Assembly (NCBI GenBank): GCA_000092065.1
Contig: CP000591.1
DNA from: Ostreococcus lucimarinus
Taxonomy: Eukaryota
DNA: 64,000 nt
Strand: one strand, 5' to 3'
In this document: positions 59,506 to 64,000 of the stretch, piece after piece
How positions within the stretch are numbered: position 1 is the stretch's first letter
How the letters are laid out: each line of letters starts with the position of its first letter
The notes under the pieces: generated by a model
What the model was told of the DNA's origin: nothing
Database searches by the model: none
The model's input: only the letters and a program-made list of their open reading frames with translations
Made by a program: the position numbers and the translations under genes

Positions 59506-62169
59506 ATGGCGGTGCCGCCGGGAACGGGAAATCGACAGTTTGTCGATGACGCGCAGGTGCGTAAACGGACCGCACGCGCGCGCGTCGCGCGTTACGTGTC
59601 GCGCAAGCGTCGCGAATTCGTCACGCGATCGTCGAGACGCGATGAATCGTGCGCGCGGAACGCACCGTGTGGAAGCGCGAAGAAGGGGTTGAACGACCCG
59701 AATTCGCGTCTCGCGGGCGTGGTCGCGGGATGCGCGCTCGATGCGCGCGCGCGCGCCGTCTGAACGACGCGAAAGACGCGATGAAGACGCGTTCGCGCTC
59801 GACGAGCGCGAGAGCCAGAGGACTGACGCGACGCCGCGACGTTTTCCAACCCGTAGATCGCGGAGGAGCAGCGCGAGCTCGACACCAAGCTGCGATCGAC
59901 GAATACGCGGGATAAACTCGATGCGCTGAAGAGGCTGATCGCGCTCATGGCGACGGGACGAGACGTGAGCGTGTTTTTTCCCTCCGTCGTGGTGAACATC
60001 GTGAGCGAATCGTTCGAGGTGAAGGTGTTGGTGTACATGTTCTTGGTGCGAACGGCGGATCAGAAGCCCGAGGAGGCGCTTTTATCGATCAATTCGTTTC
60101 AGAAGGATCTGGCGCACCCGAACCCGAGAGTGCGGGCGTTAGCGCTTCGAGTGATGTCAAGCATTCGCATCCAGGTCATCGTGCCGGTGGTTATATTGGC
60201 GGCGCGAAAGTGCGCGGTTGATCCGAGTCCGTACGTGCGCAAATCGGCGGCGCATGCGATCCCAAAAATTTACAGAATGGATAACACGCGAAAGGAAGAG
60301 CTCATCGAAATCATCGAAACGATGTTGCGCGACAGTACGCCCTTTGTGTTGTCGTCCGCGGTGGCGGCGTTCACCGAGGTGTGCCCGGACAGGATCGATT
60401 TGTTGCATCGACACTACCGCAAGATTTGCCGCATGTTGGTAGACATGGACGAGTGGGGACAGATTTTGTTGAGCGAGCTCCTGCTCAGGTACGCGCGATC
60501 GCAGTTTTTGGCCCCCGACGCGCACACGCGCGAGCTCGGCGGCGTTTCGGGTAAAGGGGAAAAGAAGCTCGAACTCGCGCTTCCTTCGACAAACGAAGCC
60601 TCTTACCACGAATCCAACAACGCCGGGATCCAGTCGATCGTGGCGAGTGGCGCGGCGTTCTATTCCGATTCCGATGAGGAGGAGGAAGACTCCGACGATG
60701 ACAGCGACGATAGCGACGGAGGCAAGGCGAAGAAGGCGGGCAAGTCGAGCGGCGGCGCCACGGCTGAGTCTCGCGGTCCAGGTTGGATGGACGAAGACCA
60801 TCGTCTTTTGTTGCGTTGCACGCGTCCGTTACTGCAGTCTCAAAACGCTGGCGTCGTTATGGCTGTTGCGGCGCTGCACTTTTACCTGAGCCCAGCTGCG
60901 GACTTGCCCAAGGTTGTTCGAGCGTTGGTTTTCACAGCGCACGGCAGGCCCGAGGTGCGACATGTCGTCATCAAGAACATTTGTACCATGGTCACCACGC
61001 AGCCGATATTGTTCCAGTCGCACTTCAATGCGTTCTTCGTCACTCCACGAGATCCGTTGCAAGTCCGCGCTCTGAAACTCGAAATCTTGACGCACATCGT
61101 CACGAGCGAAAACGCGCCCACGCTGTTGAGAGAGCTTCAAGCTTACTTGCGCTCATCAAACCACGATTTTGTGGCGCTGACGATTCGAGCCATCGGAAGG
61201 TGCGCGGCCATAATGCCGCAAATCGCATCAGTGTGCATCCGCTCTTTGCTCGAACTTTCGCTTCATCCTTCGCCAAAGGTTGCGTCTGAAGCAGTCGTCG
61301 TCATTCGCGCCTTGGTGCAACAAAATCCGAAGGAGCACATCGTCGTGGTGATGCGCTTGATGCGTCGATTGGACTCATTGATCGCCCCCGAAGCGCGCTC
61401 AGCGGTGATTTGGCTCGCGGGTGGTGAGATCTTTGATGGCGACGCGGAGAACATCAAGGCGTCTGATAAGGAACTCCGTGAAAAGTTCTTTGAACTCGCA
61501 GTGCAAATGATGCGTCGCGTCGTCAAGAGCTTCCCAGATGAACACGAGATGACGAAGCAGCAAATCGTGAACACATCGTGCAAGATGTACATCCAAGATC
61601 CCATCCGCATCGCGCCAATGCTCAAAGTCGTATTTGCGCTCGCTGCTGCGGATCCTTCGGTGGACATGCGCGATCGAATTCGCGTCTTCCGCGCCCTCTT
61701 CCCCGTGGACGGGAAGCCGAGCGCGGTCAAGCACTTCGGAGACGCCGTCGTGCTGTGCGCCAAACCTGAGCCCAAACTCCCGTCACCCGCGATGCAAACG
61801 TGCGAGCACGCGCTCGGTTCTCTGTCGCATTTCATGGATCACATGGCGCCAGGGTACACGCCGCTCGCGAAGCATCCGACGGTGCAACCGCCGACGAATG
61901 TTCGCGAGCAATACTTCGCCGGGGGATCGGGCAGAGAAGGCTCCTCAGCCATTGCGGTGCACAACGGCAAATCCAACGGCCTCGGTGCGAGTGGATTCTA
62001 CAGCTCTAGCGATGACAGCGATGATAGCGACAGTGATTCGAGTAGTTACACGGGGAGCGACGATTCAGACGATAGCTCGGATGACTCTGGTGATTCCTCA
62101 GACGACGACGAAGACGAAGACGAAGACGACGAATCGGACGATTCCTCGTCGTCGAACGACTCGGATTAG
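59506..62169 (+). CDS. AP3B: AP-3 complex beta subunit (beta-3 adaptin); 2 exons: 59506..59556, 59857..62169
   Basis: Exon 1 MAVPPGTGNRQFVDDAQ, then GTGCGT donor at 59557, ACTGAC branch at 59822 and TAG acceptor at 59854-56. Exon 2 IAEEQRELDTKLRSTNTRDKLDALKRLIALMATGRDVSVFFPSVV... matches the AP3B1 N-terminus (..[26 protein letters not shown]..). Adaptin-N HEAT repeats continue, with an acidic Ser/Asp-rich hinge at the C-terminus. Confidence 0.8.
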
Positions 62170-62263
62170 CTACCAATGACGAAACAATGTAAAACAAATC
62201 GCGTGTCTATATTAAAGCTATTATTAAGCCGCTCGGTGAATGAATGAATGAATGAATGACGCG

Positions 62264-63094
62264 TCACACGTCGAAACCGTTTTCGCGCGCGCGTTTGAGA
62301 AACTCGAGTTGTTCGTCGGACCCCTCCTCGAGCGCTTGAAACATGAAGATTGATTTATCCCCGATATCGTCCTTGATCGGCTGCGAATACTTGCGCAACG
62401 CAAGAACGACTAGAAGTGCGAGCACGACGTTCGCCTCCACCCCGCACACGTCTGCGCTCGCGCCGAAAAGATGACTCAAACACATCGCCGGCACGGCGAA
62501 GAATAAAAGCGCCGCCTCCGGCTTACCGTAACACATCCCCTCCTTAAACGCCAGCCCTGTCAACGCGGCGAACATCGGACCGACGAGCAAAACGCTCATC
62601 GGATGTTCCCAGACGTACACCGGCAGCGGCTCCTGCGCGCTCATCGCGATCGCCGCGCTTCCCAAAAACCCCACCGACCAGAGCGCGCGCATCGCCGCGC
62701 GAATCTCGCCGACGTACATGTGCACCATCAGCAGCGCCCCCCCCAGCCCCAATCCGCCCAAGAAGTACGCTTTTTCCGCGTCCACGTAATCCCCGGCGTG
62801 ACACAACCCCGCGGTGAGCGCGGCGCCGAGCGACATCGCGCTCAACGACCCTCGATACGCGAACACCTCCGCGCGGTCCGCGGCGTCCACCGTCCAGTCT
62901 GCGTAGGCGCCGCGGTACACGCGCGGATCCACCGACTGTTCCGCCGCGAACCGCGGTCCCGCGCGAAGCGGTTTCAGAATATCGAACCTCGCGCGCGTTC
63001 GCACCGTCGCGCGCGCCCTCGCGCGCCCTCGTCGGCCCGTCGTCGGCGCCGAACGCGTCGCGATGACGTCCTCGATGCCTCGCGCGCCGACCAT
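62264..63094 (-). CDS. Hypothetical polytopic membrane protein with Arg-rich presequence (possibly plastid or mitochondrial)
   Basis: ATG at 63094. 5-6 hydrophobic segments. Genome-typical codon usage. No family recognised. Confidence 0.5.
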   Translation of the reverse strand: MVGARGIEDVIATRSAPTTGRRGRARARATVRTRARFDILKPLRAGPRFAAEQSVDPRVYRGAYADWTVDAADRAEVFAYRGSLSAMSLGAALTAGLCHAGDYVDAEKAYFLGGLGLGGALLMVHMYVGEIRAAMRALWSVGFLGSAAIAMSAQEPLPVYVWEHPMSVLLVGPMFAALTGLAFKEGMCYGKPEAALLFFAVPAMCLSHLFGASADVCGVEANVVLALLVVLALRKYSQPIKDDIGDKSIFMFQALEEGSDEQLEFLKRARENGFDV

Positions 63095-63329
63095 GTTTCC
63101 TCCCCTCGCGCTTCGCTCGCGCCGCCTCGGCGCCGCGCGTCCGCGCGTCCGCGCGTCCGCGCGTCTCTCCGCCTACCGCGCGCGCCTCGTCGCGATCGAG
63201 CGCCGCGACGCGTCGCGACGCGACGATTTGTGCCGCCGCGGTGCGCCGACGATCGGCGATCGGCCGCGGCGGCGCGCGACGATCGCGCGCACACCGCGAC
63301 GCACCGCGAGACGGACGCGAGGCGCGCGC

Positions 63330-64000
63330 GATGGGTAAATGGATGGACGATGACGCGCCCGGTGGGCCGCAGGGCGCGCGCTCGTACGCCCCGTACGCGG
63401 GCGCGCAGGCGAACGATGCGTGTCGGAATTGCGGCCAGCTCGGACACTACGCGAGAAACTGCGCGCAGAACGCCGGACTGAACGGCGGCCGCGGCGCCGA
63501 TCGATGCAATCGATGCGGACAGATCGGACACTGGGCGAGCGAGTGCTCGCTGCCGTACTCGGGCGGCGCGGGCGCGGGAGGGTTCCGAGGGGCGGTCGGC
63601 GGCGGCGGCGCGCGGCCGGGCGATCGGTGCTCTAGGTGCGGAGGACTCGGACACTACGCGCGCGCGTGCCCGTCGCCGGCCATGGCGGCGTTCGCGGGAG
63701 GTGCGGGAGGCGCGCCGAAGACGTGCCATAACTGTGGACGCGTGGGACACATCGCGCGGGACTGCCGACAAGGCGGCGGCGCGCGAGGGTACGATAACGC
63801 CAGAGCGCCGAAGCAACGCAAGGGTGCGGGTCCGGACGATGTGTGTAATCGCTGCGGCGAAAAGGGACACTGGGCGAGCTCGTGCTCGCAACCGGACACG
63901 CGAACGGAGGCCGAGCGCACGAGACAAGCCAAGCCGGACGATAAGTGCCACCGATGCGGCGAGCTCGGGCACTTCGCCAAGGATTGCTCGTTGCCCCCGG
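63330..64000 (+). CDS. CCHC zinc-knuckle protein (at least 6 C-x2-C-x4-H-x4-C knuckles), 3' end beyond window
   Basis: ATG at 63330. Repeated CRNCGQLGHYARNC, CNRCGQIGHWASEC, CSRCGGLGHYARAC, CHNCGRVGHIARDC, CNRCGEKGHWASSC, CHRCGELGHFAKDC. The ORF is still open at 64000. Confidence 0.7.

Overview
This 64-kb window is very GC-rich (roughly two-thirds G+C by eye) and is gene-dense eukaryotic nuclear DNA. I identify about 46 protein-coding genes on alternating strands, separated by spacers of only about 50-450 bp, and several divergent gene pairs share promoter regions. Most genes read as single uninterrupted ORFs. At least two genes (VDAC and AP-3 beta) carry short spliceosomal introns with a consistent signature: a GTGCGT or GTACGT donor, an ACTGAC branch site, and a YAG acceptor.

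Several genes point to a plastid-bearing green-lineage alga with a compact, high-GC, intron-poor genome, for example a Mamiellophyceae or Micromonas-like prasinophyte (this is inference only). These include DGD1 digalactosyldiacylglycerol synthase, plastid terminal oxidase (PTOX), an ATXR3/SDG2-like SET protein with CW zinc fingers, CYP51, UDP-galactopyranose mutase and a GT10 fucosyltransferase.

Other recognisable genes:
- Splicing: Brr2 (C-terminal fragment), NKAP, WBP11 and USP39/Sad1.
- DNA metabolism and chromatin: ERCC8/CSA, the POLA2 B-subunit, WAPL and a 3'-5' exonuclease.
- Mitochondrial functions: mito uS9, an IMP1/2-like peptidase and VDAC.
- Transporters: P-protein/ArsB-like, POT and AEC/PILS-like.
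- Others: a SAM-domain TKL kinase, a CHORD protein, an Sfp-type PPTase, an apyrase, DJ-1, an ENY2-like small protein and a CCHC zinc-knuckle protein (runs off the window end).
- There is one canonical intron-containing tRNA-Trp(CCA).

Many long Arg/Ala-rich ORFs in the six-frame track are antisense artefacts of the GC bias. Some track 'M' starts are GTG rather than ATG.

The most unusual locus lies at 41.2-44.6 kb. Two apparently identical 945-bp direct repeats sit exactly 2437 bp apart. Each repeat is a mosaic: the native 3' end of the upstream gene, a pseudo-copy of the 3' end of the ENY2-like gene that lies 9 kb away, a perfect 9-bp hairpin, and a pol III-type tRNA-like gene. That tRNA-like gene is interrupted in its variable loop by a 115-nt insertion carrying spliceosomal-intron hallmarks. 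The repeats bracket a 1.5-kb lower-GC segment with atypical codon usage, an orphan 338-aa ORF, a 51-bp fragment of the neighbouring UGM gene and a truncated antisense ORF remnant.

Other notable points are a eukaryotic homolog of bacterial ViaA (the VWA partner of the RavA AAA+ ATPase) with an organelle-type presequence, a SAM-domain ORF and THUMPD1 separated only by a single in-frame TGA, and an 82-bp x3 tandem repeat carrying TATTTAAG motifs in a divergent promoter.
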